A stretch of DNA of 42,007 nucleotides, from contig CAKKQX010000158.1 in NCBI GenBank assembly GCA_919902235.1, forward strand, positions 1 through 42,007. Direction: 5' to 3'. Source of the stretch: Burkholderiales bacterium (GTDB taxonomy: Bacteria; Pseudomonadota; Gammaproteobacteria; Burkholderiales; SG8-41). Shown here piece after piece: positions 19,173 to 27,658 of this stretch. The translations under genes and the position numbers were made by a program. Numbering within the stretch: the first letter of the stretch is position 1; the number at the start of each line of letters is the position of its first letter. The notes beneath the pieces were generated by a model. That model worked only from the letters and a program-made list of their open reading frames with translations, was not told where the DNA came from and did no database searches.

Positions 19173-19894
19173 AACCGGGCATTGCCGTCCGGTCCTGTCT
19201 GTTCGCCCTGTTCCAGACCGTCATCACCCCGCTTTTCGCGGTCATCGCGCTTGGCACCTTTCCATTCGCGCCGCTGACCCGCTACCGCATCATCTCCACT
19301 TGGGCGCGGATCAACATCGCCGCGGTGCGTATTCTCTGCGGCATACGCTATCGCGTGATCGGCAGCGAGCATATCCCGCGCGAGCCCTGCATCATTCTGT
19401 CCAAGCACCAGTCGGCGTGGGAAACCCTGGCTTATCAGGTGATCTTCCCGCCGCAGGTGTGGGTGCTCAAGCGCGAGTTGTTGTGGGTGCCGTTCTTCGG
19501 CTGGGGACTGGCGATGCTCTCGCCGATCGCCATCGACCGCCGCGCCGGTACGCGCGCGCTGAAACAGACGCTCGCTCAGGGCCGCGAGCGGCTCAAGCAG
19601 GGTTTCTCGATCGTGATGTTCCCTGAAGGCACGCGCATCGCGCCCGGCAAGCGCGGCAAGTACCACCCTGGCGGCGCCTGGCTGGCGGTTAAAACCGCGG
19701 CGCCGGTGCTGCCGGTTGCGCACAATGCCGGGGAGTTCTGGCGCCGCAATGCCTTTCTGAAGCATCCCGGGCTGATCACGGTCAGCATAGGCGCGCCGAT
19801 CTCCCCGCACAATGTGAGCGCCGAGCACCTCAACTGGCAGGTCGAGCACTGGATCGAGTCCGAAATGCAGCGCATCGGCACCCATGCCTCCTGA
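19169..19894 (+). CDS. plsC: 1-acyl-sn-glycerol-3-phosphate acyltransferase
   Basis: Acyltransferase motifs KHQSAWE and FPEGTR. The ATG at 19169 overlaps the gmhB stop (ATGA). The 18902 ORF start is an artefact. Confidence 0.85.
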   Translation: MKPGIAVRSCLFALFQTVITPLFAVIALGTFPFAPLTRYRIISTWARINIAAVRILCGIRYRVIGSEHIPREPCIILSKHQSAWETLAYQVIFPPQVWVLKRELLWVPFFGWGLAMLSPIAIDRRAGTRALKQTLAQGRERLKQGFSIVMFPEGTRIAPGKRGKYHPGGAWLAVKTAAPVLPVAHNAGEFWRRNAFLKHPGLITVSIGAPISPHNVSAEHLNWQVEHWIESEMQRIGTHAS

Positions 19895-20642
19895 AGCCGC
19901 CGGACTGGAGCTGCCGCCCGAATGGCGTGAAAGCGCGGCGCCATCGTCGTTTTGTATCGACCTTGGCGGCGTGTGCGTGACTTATCGCGTGAAACGCCGC
20001 CGGCGCCGCGGCGCCATTACCCTCACCATCGATGAGCGCGGCCTGCGCGTCGGCGCGCCGTGGCGCGCCAGCCACGACGCAATCGAGCAACTGCTGCACC
20101 GGCATGCCCATTGGGTTTTGAAGAAGCTCGCCGATTGGCAACAGCGCAGCGCGCCGCTTCTGCACTGGCGGGACGGAGAATCGCTCATGCTGCTGGGGAA
20201 ACCGCTAAGATTGACGCTGCTGCCGGATCATCGGCAGATCGGCGCTGATGAGGACCGGCTGGTGCTCGGTAATGCGGCGGCGACACCACCAGCAATTGCG
20301 CAGGCTGTCGCCGGCTGGCTGCGACAGCAGGCGCTGCCCTGCTTTCGGCAGCGAATCGCGCATTTTCACTCGCAGATCGGCGTCGCCGCACCGGAAGTCC
20401 GTTTATCCAACGCCCGCGGCCGCTGGGGCAGCTGCCACAGCAACGGGCGCATCCGTCTGAACTGGCGGCTGATCCAAATGCCCATGTATCTAATTGATTA
20501 CGTGGTCGCCCACGAACTCGCGCATCTCAGGGAAATGAACCATTCGCCGCGCTTCTGGCAAACGGTGGCGCGCATGGTGCCGGACTATGCGGCGCGAAGG
20601 ATGGAAATCAAGACCGGCGGCTACCGCTACCTGCTGGTCTAA
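19884..20642 (+). CDS. YgjP-like (DUF45/M48-like) metal-dependent hydrolase
   Basis: 252 aa with the signature HELAHLREMNHSPRFW. Confidence 0.8.
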   Translation: MPPEAAGLELPPEWRESAAPSSFCIDLGGVCVTYRVKRRRRRGAITLTIDERGLRVGAPWRASHDAIEQLLHRHAHWVLKKLADWQQRSAPLLHWRDGESLMLLGKPLRLTLLPDHRQIGADEDRLVLGNAAATPPAIAQAVAGWLRQQALPCFRQRIAHFHSQIGVAAPEVRLSNARGRWGSCHSNGRIRLNWRLIQMPMYLIDYVVAHELAHLREMNHSPRFWQTVARMVPDYAARRMEIKTGGYRYLLV

Positions 20643-20734
20643 GACCAACCGCGAACGAACTGCGGGCGGCGCCATGCCCGATGCGGCCTGTGCTAATATT
20701 CGAGCCGTTCCACTTGCTGCGATTGACCCACATC

Positions 20735-20905
20735 ATGCGCGTCCTCGCTTTTCTTCTGCCCGCTGTTCTCGTTGCCGCGCTCGGCGCCTGCGGCTACAAG
20801 GGGCCGCTTTATCTGCCGAAACCCAAGCCTGAAACCCAATCAGCCGAACCTGCGCCAGCGCAGGATCGGCAGAAAAGCGGCGTGCCGGACCCGTCCAGGC
20901 CGTGA
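20735..20905 (+). CDS. Small lipoprotein, LptM/YifL-like
   Basis: MRVLAFLLPAVLVAALGACGYKGPLYLP: lipobox plus the GYKGPLYLP motif I associate with the YifL family, located just upstream of lysA. The stop overlaps the lysA GTG. Confidence 0.6.
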   Translation: MRVLAFLLPAVLVAALGACGYKGPLYLPKPKPETQSAEPAPAQDRQKSGVPDPSRP

Positions 20906-22146
20906 CGTATTTCAGTTATAAAAACCGGGAACTGCACGCCGAGGCCGTTCCGCTGAACCGCATTGCAGAACAGCACGGCACGCCGTGCTTTGTTTATTCA
21001 CGCGCGGCTCTGACCGACGCCTACCGCGCGTTCGACACAGCCTTCCGCGACCGCGCTCACCTCGTCTGCTATGCGGTCAAGGCCAATTCCAACCTCGCCA
21101 TCCTCAACCTGTTCGCGCGCCTGGGCAGCGGCTTCGACATCGTGTCCGGAGGAGAACTGGCGCGGGTGCTGGGTGCCGGCGGCGACCCGTGCAAAATCGT
21201 GTTTTCCGGGGTCGGCAAGTCGGCCGAAGAGATGCGCCAGGCGCTGGCGGCCGACATCCTGTGCTTTAACGTCGAGTCCGAAAGCGAACTGCACCGGCTT
21301 GACCGTGTCGCCGGCGAACTGGGCAAGGTCGCCCCCATCAGCCTGCGCGTCAATCCCGATGTCGATGCCGGCACCCATCCCTACATTGCCACCGGACTCA
21401 GGCAGAACAAGTTTGGCGTGGCCTATGATGACGCGCCCGCGCTGTACCGTCGGGCGCGCAAGCTGCAGCATATCCGGATCGAGGGCATCGACTGCCATAT
21501 CGGATCGCAGCTGACCGAGATTGCACCGTTTGCGGCGGCGCTCGAAAAGATCCTCGATCTGCTCGACCGTCTGGAGCGGGAAGGCATCGCAATCTCCCAC
21601 CTGGATCTGGGCGGCGGTCTGGGCATTCGCTACCGCGATGAAGCGCCGCCGGCACTCGACGATTATGCGCATACCCTGACCGGGCTTATCGGCAAACGCC
21701 CGCAGAAACTACTGCTTGAACCCGGCCGGCTGCTCACCGGCAATGCCGGCATCCTGCTGACCCGCGTCGAATATCTGAAACACGGCGAGGAAAAAAACTT
21801 TGCCATCGTCGATGCGGCGATGAACGATCTGATGCGGCCGGCGCTTTATGACGCCTGGCACGACGTGCTTCCCGTCACCGCCTGTACACCGGGGGGGAAG
21901 TCCTATGACATCGTCGGGCCGGTGTGCGAAAGCGGCGACTTCCTGGCGCGCGAACGACAGCTGGCGGTAAGCGAAGGCGATCTGCTAGCCATCATGTCGG
22001 CGGGCGCTTACGGCATGAGCATGAGTTCGAACTACAACACCCGTCCCCGGGCAGCGGAAGTGATGGTCGACGGTAATTCGTCACACCTTGTCCGGGAACG
22101 CGAAAGCGTCGCCGAACTTATGGCCCGGGAAATTCTGCTGCCTTGA
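20902..22146 (+). CDS. lysA: Diaminopimelate decarboxylase
   Basis: 414 aa with the PLP-site region YAVKANSNLAILN and CESGD. Confidence 0.95.
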   Translation: MTYFSYKNRELHAEAVPLNRIAEQHGTPCFVYSRAALTDAYRAFDTAFRDRAHLVCYAVKANSNLAILNLFARLGSGFDIVSGGELARVLGAGGDPCKIVFSGVGKSAEEMRQALAADILCFNVESESELHRLDRVAGELGKVAPISLRVNPDVDAGTHPYIATGLRQNKFGVAYDDAPALYRRARKLQHIRIEGIDCHIGSQLTEIAPFAAALEKILDLLDRLEREGIAISHLDLGGGLGIRYRDEAPPALDDYAHTLTGLIGKRPQKLLLEPGRLLTGNAGILLTRVEYLKHGEEKNFAIVDAAMNDLMRPALYDAWHDVLPVTACTPGGKSYDIVGPVCESGDFLARERQLAVSEGDLLAIMSAGAYGMSMSSNYNTRPRAAEVMVDGNSSHLVRERESVAELMAREILLP

Positions 22147-22269
22147 CTGTACGTTACCGCATCTTTTTGGCAACGACGGCAACCGTTTTTGGCGGCACCG
22201 ATCGTACTTTTTGCTGTTGCGGCAAACACACAGGCAATATTCCAACGTCAAAAAACCTTTACAAAGGTG

Positions 22270-22299
22270 TTGCAATTTTTTTTCACTGTGACATAGAAT
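22270..22299 (+). promoter_or_regulatory. Sigma-70-like promoter upstream of the Lys-rich micro-ORF
   Basis: TTGCAA (22270-22275), an 18-nt T-rich spacer, then TAGAAT (22294-22299), with an A/T-rich stretch upstream. Confidence 0.4.
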
Positions 22300-22434
22300 T
22301 GGCGCACCGAGCATGACTTTCCTGATTTTTCAGGAAAAACGACGAAGCAGCGATGCAAGTTGTTTGGAGTTATGCAAGGGAGTGCGGAACCAACACCGCA
22401 CTAGAACGATGCCTAAGTTAACTTTAAGGAGACT

Positions 22435-22497
22435 ATGATGGCAGCGAAGAAAAAAGCAAAGAAAAAAGTAGCTAAGAAGAAAGCAGCCAAGAAGTAG
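22435..22497 (+). CDS. Lys/Ala-rich micro-protein (MMAAKKKAKKKVAKKKAAKK)
   Basis: 20 codons plus TAG. AAGGAG (22426-22431) lies 6 nt before the second ATG (22438). A strong intrinsic terminator follows 20 nt after the stop. Too short for the ORF track. Confidence 0.5.
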   Translation: MMAAKKKAKKKVAKKKAAKK

Positions 22498-22516
22498 TTG
22501 TTGTTTGCGTAAATTG

Positions 22517-22549
22517 CGGGAGCTGGGTAACCGGCTCCCGTTTTTATTT
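22517..22549 (+). terminator. Rho-independent terminator
   Basis: CGGGAGCTGG-GTAA-CCGGCTCCCG (10-bp stem with one G-U pair) followed by TTTTTATTT. Confidence 0.75.
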
Positions 22550-22678
22550 GTAACGCCTTAATTGTTGTACCGCTTGTTATGCCGCTGGCCATTCCCGCGC
22601 CGCTTCACCTCCCCAGGCATCATCAGCATTCCCCTTAAGCCATTGCCCCGCATCAGGGGTGTCTATTTAATATCAATT

Positions 22679-22701
22679 AAATCAATTAGTTAAATTGATT
22701 T
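22679..22701. repeat. AT-rich inverted repeat AAATCAATT-AGTTA-AATTGATTT
   Basis: Read directly. ATCAATTA is also directly repeated immediately upstream (22673-22688). Lies in an AT-rich non-coding spacer between convergent transcription units. Confidence 0.6.
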
Positions 22702-22850
22702 TTGCGCAGCATGCCTGGTTTGCCGAATAGATATGGCCCGCCTTGGGTTTTGCCAGACCGAAACGCGTCTTGCGGGCGCAAGCGTATCACTGCGACAGTT
22801 CGCGTACTTAAAAACGCGCGCGCAATGAATATTAAGCGCGACTGGATATA

Positions 22851-23609
22851 TCAGGGATTGAGTTGGCGATATACCGCTGTTGCCACGCGCAGCAACTCGG
22901 CCTTCTCGACTTCGCCGGATAGCGCATAACCGAGTTTGTTATCCAGCCAGTAGAACACACCGACCTTATTTTCCTGGGCGAAGCGAAATGCGGTCTCGCG
23001 CGTTTCATCGGGGTTGCTGCGTACGTAAAGCGTCAGCCGCTGGCCTTTGCCGTCCTGATACATGAACTGCGCGACAGGACCGCGGTCGCCCGGCAACAGC
23101 CGTCCGCCGACCAGCGTGTAGCCGATTCCGCCAAGGTGGGGAACCTTGAGTTGCGCGCCAAGCCGCTTGGAAAGCCAGTTGACGAGGTGCGTTTCCTGAT
23201 CGGCGCCGACTTCGACCGGATGCCGCACCTCAGGACTGTAAACGACATGCGCGACCGCCGCGCGGCGCGCCCAAGCGGTCGTTTCGGCGGCGCGCCCGCT
23301 GTTGAATGCCTGCAAGTGCCAGCCAATCACGCCACCGGCTGCAATCCAGGCCACTACTGCCGCATAACGCAGCGATGACCGTAACCAGCGCGTACGGCGC
23401 GCCTGAAAAAGCCGCCGGGGTACGGGCTCCTCGAGCACCGGATCGAACAGCGCGCGCAGTTCTTCGTTCTGCCGGCGGTAAACCACCAGTCTTTCCGCAT
23501 CTTCCGGATGGCTGGCCAGATAAACCTCGACATCGGCGCGGCGTGCCTCCGGCAGGGTGCCGTCAACATAGGCGTGCAAATCGAACTCGGTGACGGAAAG
23601 TGTGCTCAC
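22851..23609 (-). CDS. Transmembrane anti-sigma factor
   Basis: 252 aa with an N-terminal anti-sigma-like segment (DLHAYVDGTLPEARRADVEVYLASHPEDA), one TM helix (YAAVVAWIAAGGVIGW) and a roughly 140-aa periplasmic domain. The GTG start overlaps the sigma stop (GTGA). Confidence 0.75.
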   Translation of the reverse strand: MSTLSVTEFDLHAYVDGTLPEARRADVEVYLASHPEDAERLVVYRRQNEELRALFDPVLEEPVPRRLFQARRTRWLRSSLRYAAVVAWIAAGGVIGWHLQAFNSGRAAETTAWARRAAVAHVVYSPEVRHPVEVGADQETHLVNWLSKRLGAQLKVPHLGGIGYTLVGGRLLPGDRGPVAQFMYQDGKGQRLTLYVRSNPDETRETAFRFAQENKVGVFYWLDNKLGYALSGEVEKAELLRVATAVYRQLNP

Positions 23610-24208
23610 CTGACTACTCTCAAAGTGGCGGCTTCCGGCAATCCCGTCATGCTGCGGCGCAGGCGTTCGCGCCCCCGCGACAATCGGGACATCACGGTGC
23701 CGACCGGAATGCCGAGCGTCTTTGCCGTTTCTTGATAGGACAATTGCTCCAGGCTGATCAACAGCAGCACTTCGCGCTGCTCTTCGGGAAGGCCGCGCAA
23801 CGCCTTGTCCAGATCGCGAATTTCCAGCGCATCGGACTGCGGCACGGACTCCTGCAGATCCATTGCATCGCCATCCAGCGAAACAAACCTGTCCGCGGCG
23901 TGCCGTCGGACCTGATTAACGAACAAGTTGTGCATGATGGTAAAAAGCCAGGCCCGTAAATCACTGCCGTCCCGCCATAAATGCAGCTTGTTCCAAGCCC
24001 GCTCCAGCGTATCCTGCACCAGGTCGTCCGCGGCAGCACGTTCCCCCGTCAGCGCCCGCGCATAGCGGCGCAGCCGGGGGATATACTGCGTGACCTGAGT
24101 TGCGAACTGTTCCAATGCCTTGGCCTCGTTTATCGCCTGCAAACCGTATACAGCCCCGGCGCGGTTATTATTCCTGTTTTCCTGACGGCGGCACAGCGGC
24201 CACGCCAA
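23606..24208 (-). CDS. ECF-type RNA polymerase sigma factor
   Basis: Region 2 (LRRYARALTGERAAADDLVQDTLERAW) and region 4 (LPEEQREVLLLISLEQLSYQETAKTLGIPVGTVMSRLSRGRERL). The start is uncertain: the ATG at 24208 overlaps the upstream gene by 41 nt, and an in-frame TTG at 24142 is an alternative. Confidence 0.85.
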   Translation of the reverse strand: MAWPLCRRQENRNNNRAGAVYGLQAINEAKALEQFATQVTQYIPRLRRYARALTGERAAADDLVQDTLERAWNKLHLWRDGSDLRAWLFTIMHNLFVNQVRRHAADRFVSLDGDAMDLQESVPQSDALEIRDLDKALRGLPEEQREVLLLISLEQLSYQETAKTLGIPVGTVMSRLSRGRERLRRSMTGLPEAATLRVVR

Positions 24209-25592
24209 AGATTTCTTTCTGCAAGCCCCACTTCGCCGCCAGCGTTTCGGTGGCGTTGAGAATTTCCTCGGCGCGCGCCGGATGATTGTAAGCCATTCCA
24301 GCCAGGCGCTTCAGCGCCTCACCACTCCCGAAATCGAGTCCCGTCATGTGGATCAGCTCGGATGCATCGCTGCCGACGATTTCCGCCCCCAGCAGGTGGC
24401 CCGTGTCGGTATCCGCAACGATGCGCACGAAACCGCGCGCATCGCCCTGCCCCAGCGCGGCCGGATTGGCCGTAAACGCGGAAAACCCGATGGCGGGTTC
24501 CAGCCCCAGCGCTTCCGCCTGATCTTCGTTGAGTCCGATTCGCGCCAATTCCAGCGCGGAATAGATGACTTCGGGCACGGCCCGGCTGTCACGCCGACAC
24601 GATTGCGGCGCAACGATATTGCCGACGGCAACCGCGGCCTCGGCCAGGGCATGGTTCGAGGTCATGGCGCGATTCGCCACATCACCGATGGCGTAAACCG
24701 CTTGCGCCGCAGTCCGCTGATAATCATCGACCCGGATAAATCCTGCGTCGTCCACTTCAACGCCGGCAGCCGGCAGGTCCAGACCGGCAGTATGCGGCCG
24801 GCGGCCGGCGCCCAGCAATACCCAGTCGACCGTCTCCCGGCTGCCGTCAGGGAGCGTCAACACCACCTTGTCGGCGCCGGTGTCGGCGTGCACGACGCGG
24901 CTCGCGGTGCGCGCGCCGATACCGTACTCGGCCAACGCTTCCAGCAGTACTTTGCGCGCCGGCACGCTGAAACGGCTGTGCGCAAGCGGTACCTGCTGCA
25001 TAAGCCATACCACCTCCTGGCCCAGCATGCCGAGGATGAAAGCGAATTCGCTGCCGATGACCCCGGAGCCGATGACCGCAATGCGCTTGCCTGCGGGCAC
25101 GCGACGGTCGAACAAGTCATCGGTCGTAAGGATGCGATCACGGCACAGCGGCAGATTGGGCGGCACAAAAGGCGTCGAGCCTGTGGCGATGATGACATGA
25201 CCGGCGGCGATCCGCCGTGATCCGGCCACCGTCAGCGTGTTGCGGTCTGCGAATTGCGCGGCGCCCTGCAGCAGGGTCACGCCGAGACGCTTCAGGTAAT
25301 CGACATAGCTCTCGCGCACGCTGGCGACAACCGCATGCTGATGACGCCAGGCTTGCGCCAAATCGCCGTGCAGCGCGCCCTCGATACCGCGCGCCGCATG
25401 TCCGCGGCTGGCGGCAACCAGCCGGGCGCTGTGATACCAGGCTTTTTTTGGCACGCAGCCGCGATTCAGGCAGCAGCCGCCCCAATCACCCTTCTCGACG
25501 ATCACGACCTTCAGCCCGCGCAGCGCAGCAAGCACTGCAGCACGGTAGCCGCCGGGGCCGGAACCAATGACAGCGAGATCGAATCTGCTCAT
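24168..25592 (-). CDS. Class I pyridine nucleotide-disulfide oxidoreductase, glutathione-reductase-like
   Basis: 474 aa with the FAD fold VIGSGPGGY, the redox-active GGCCLNRGCVPKK (closer to GR GGTCVNVGCVPKK than to Lpd CLNVGCIPSK), a second dinucleotide fold VIGSGVIGSE, and C-terminal HPARAEE (GR-like HP..AEE). Confidence 0.8.
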   Translation of the reverse strand: MSRFDLAVIGSGPGGYRAAVLAALRGLKVVIVEKGDWGGCCLNRGCVPKKAWYHSARLVAASRGHAARGIEGALHGDLAQAWRHQHAVVASVRESYVDYLKRLGVTLLQGAAQFADRNTLTVAGSRRIAAGHVIIATGSTPFVPPNLPLCRDRILTTDDLFDRRVPAGKRIAVIGSGVIGSEFAFILGMLGQEVVWLMQQVPLAHSRFSVPARKVLLEALAEYGIGARTASRVVHADTGADKVVLTLPDGSRETVDWVLLGAGRRPHTAGLDLPAAGVEVDDAGFIRVDDYQRTAAQAVYAIGDVANRAMTSNHALAEAAVAVGNIVAPQSCRRDSRAVPEVIYSALELARIGLNEDQAEALGLEPAIGFSAFTANPAALGQGDARGFVRIVADTDTGHLLGAEIVGSDASELIHMTGLDFGSGEALKRLAGMAYNHPARAEEILNATETLAAKWGLQKEIFGVAAVPPSGKQE

Positions 25593-25619
25593 AGCATCAA
25601 ACCCTGCAGTGAACAGGCA

Positions 25620-26363
25620 TCATGCCAGTACGCGCACCAGCAGCGACAGCCCCATCACCACCAGCAGCACGCTCACGAAACGCAATACCGCTTCACGCGA
25701 AACACGTCCGTGGATACGATTGCCCGCCCACAGGCCTGCGAGCGCAAAAGGCGCAAGCATGGCAAACCCGACGAGACGGTCGGCGAGCATGAGACCGCCG
25801 GCGGTGAACACCAGCGCGCGGATCGACACCGAAAGCAGCACCATATTGGAAAGCGTGGCGCGCAGCGCGTCCTTGTCGGCCAGCCGCCGCGCAAGGTAGA
25901 TGGCATAAGGCGGCGCGCCGACGCCGAACAGCGTGCCCATGGCGCCGCCGGTGAATCCCGACAGCGGAGCCCACCCCCGGCTCACCATGCGCGAGGGAAT
26001 GCCCTCGTGCAGCGAAAAAGCGCCGTACGCCAGCAGGAATACTCCCAGTGCGAGCAGCGTCGCGTGGCGCGGCAAGGTGACGAGCAGCGTGACCCCGGCC
26101 ACCGCGCCGGCGAGCGAAAACGGCGCGAGCCACTTGAGCTCGGATTTGTCCGCGCCGCGCGAAAAGCGGCGGCCCAGCGCCAGCGCAGCGGCAACGTCGA
26201 GCAATACCGCCATCGGCAGCACGAAATCGAGGGGAAAGAAATGCGACAGCACGGGGATGGTGAACAACGCTGCACCGAACGCGGTAATGCCGAATATGAC
26301 GTACGCCGCGGCAACCGTCGCCGCCGCAATCAAGAAAGTCTGGAGATCGAACGCAATAGGCAT
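25620..26363 (-). CDS. TauE/SafE-family (DUF81) anion permease
   Basis: 247 aa, polytopic, with glycine-rich helices typical of TauE/SafE. No SD precedes the ATG. Confidence 0.8.
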   Translation of the reverse strand: MPIAFDLQTFLIAAATVAAAYVIFGITAFGAALFTIPVLSHFFPLDFVLPMAVLLDVAAALALGRRFSRGADKSELKWLAPFSLAGAVAGVTLLVTLPRHATLLALGVFLLAYGAFSLHEGIPSRMVSRGWAPLSGFTGGAMGTLFGVGAPPYAIYLARRLADKDALRATLSNMVLLSVSIRALVFTAGGLMLADRLVGFAMLAPFALAGLWAGNRIHGRVSREAVLRFVSVLLVVMGLSLLVRVLA

Positions 26364-26374
26364 AAGCGGACATG

Positions 26375-26404
26375 AAAAAGGCGCCGGACTGCTGATCCGG
26401 CGCC
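26375..26404 (-). terminator. Rho-independent terminator downstream of pilU
   Basis: On the minus strand, GGCGCCGGA-tcagcag-TCCGGCGCC (perfect 9-bp stem) followed by TTTTT. The U tract ends 11 nt before the TauE ATG. Confidence 0.7.
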
Positions 26405-26482
26405 TGTGGAGAGTTTGCGCTTGCTGACCGGCTGCGCGCCGCCGCCCGATAAGCGCATTTAACCCGGCATCGCCGTGCCGGC

Positions 26483-27619
26483 TTATACGATGTTCAGATG
26501 CTCAATGCCGGTCATCACGTCTTTTTCCTTGGCATCTTTGCTGTTCAGCTTGATCATCAGGCGCAGTTCGTTGACCGAGTCGGCGTTGCGCAGCCCGTCC
26601 TCGTAGCTGATGGCGCCGGCCTCGTAAAGATCGAACAGATGCTGGTCGAAAGTCTGCATGCCGAGTTCGCGCGACTTGGCCATGATGGCCTTGATCTCGT
26701 GCACATCGCCCTTGAAGATGAGGTCGGAAATCAGCGGCGAATTGAGCATGATTTCGACCGCGCACGCCCGGCCCTTGCCGTCTTTCTTCGGTATCAGGCG
26801 CTGCGACACCAGGGCGCGCATATTGAGCGACAGATCCATCAGCAGCTGGCTGCGGCGCTCTTCGGGGAAAAAGTTGATGATGCGGTCGAGCGCCTGGTTG
26901 GCGCTGTTGGCGTGCAGCGTCGCCATGCACAGGTGGCCGGTTTCCGCAAAGGCAATCGCGTAATCCATGGTCTCGCGGTCGCGAATCTCGCCGATCAGGA
27001 TCACGTCGGGCGCCTGGCGCAGCGTATTTTTGAGCGCGGCATGCCAGGAATCGGTGTCAACGCCGACTTCGCGCTGGGTGATGAGGCAGTTCTTGTGCTC
27101 GTGCACGAACTCGATCGGATCCTCGATGGTGATGATGTGACCGTAACTGTTCTCGTTGCGATAGCCCACCATGGCGGCGAGCGTCGTCGATTTGCCTGAA
27201 CCGGTTGCGCCGACCATGATGACCAGCCCGCGCTTGGACATCACCACGTCCTGCAGCACCGGGGGCAGGCCGAGTTCCTCGAATTTGGGTATAGCGGATA
27301 CGATGGTCCGCAGCACCATGCCCACGCGGTTCTGCTGAATGAAGGCGCTGACCCGAAAACGGCCGATGTCAGCCGGGTTGATCGCAAAATTACATTCCTT
27401 GGTCGCCTCAAATTCGGCAGCCTGCCGGTCGTTCATGATGCCGCGGGCGAGATCGGAAGTATGCTGCGGGGTGAGCTGCTGGTTCGCAACCGGCATCATC
27501 TTGCCGTCGAGTTTGATCGCCGGCGGGAAGCCGGCGGTGATGAAGAGGTCGGATGCCTTTTTTGCCACCATTGCCCGCAACAGGTCATGCATGAATTTAA
27601 CTGCCTGGTCTCTTTCCAT
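26483..27619 (-). CDS. pilU: Type IV pilus retraction ATPase PilU
   Basis: 378 aa. PilT/PilU family with Walker A GATGSGKST. Positioned downstream of pilT. Confidence 0.9.
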   Translation of the reverse strand: MERDQAVKFMHDLLRAMVAKKASDLFITAGFPPAIKLDGKMMPVANQQLTPQHTSDLARGIMNDRQAAEFEATKECNFAINPADIGRFRVSAFIQQNRVGMVLRTIVSAIPKFEELGLPPVLQDVVMSKRGLVIMVGATGSGKSTTLAAMVGYRNENSYGHIITIEDPIEFVHEHKNCLITQREVGVDTDSWHAALKNTLRQAPDVILIGEIRDRETMDYAIAFAETGHLCMATLHANSANQALDRIINFFPEERRSQLLMDLSLNMRALVSQRLIPKKDGKGRACAVEIMLNSPLISDLIFKGDVHEIKAIMAKSRELGMQTFDQHLFDLYEAGAISYEDGLRNADSVNELRLMIKLNSKDAKEKDVMTGIEHLNIV

Positions 27620-27658
27620 GGCTCACCTTTCGAAATAAAGATTGCGGCGGTTCATCGG

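Noticed and set aside
22435-22497. The Lys-rich micro-ORF read as a lysine-sensing attenuator leader, given its position next to lysA
   Set aside because: It lies downstream of lysA, not upstream. Its terminator is followed by about 300 bp of non-coding DNA and then convergent genes, so there is no downstream plus-strand gene to regulate.
22702-22929. 75-aa plus-strand ORF in the AT-rich spacer running into the anti-sigma gene
   Set aside because: It has no SD, overlaps the 3' end of a supported gene in antisense, and has an implausible composition.
25254-26375. 373-aa plus-strand ORF opposite the reductase and TauE genes, plus alternative minus-strand frames (25693-26373, 25982-26329)
   Set aside because: The sequences are extremely Arg/His/Gln-rich and repetitive-looking. 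The TauE frame gives a coherent polytopic membrane protein, whereas these give none.
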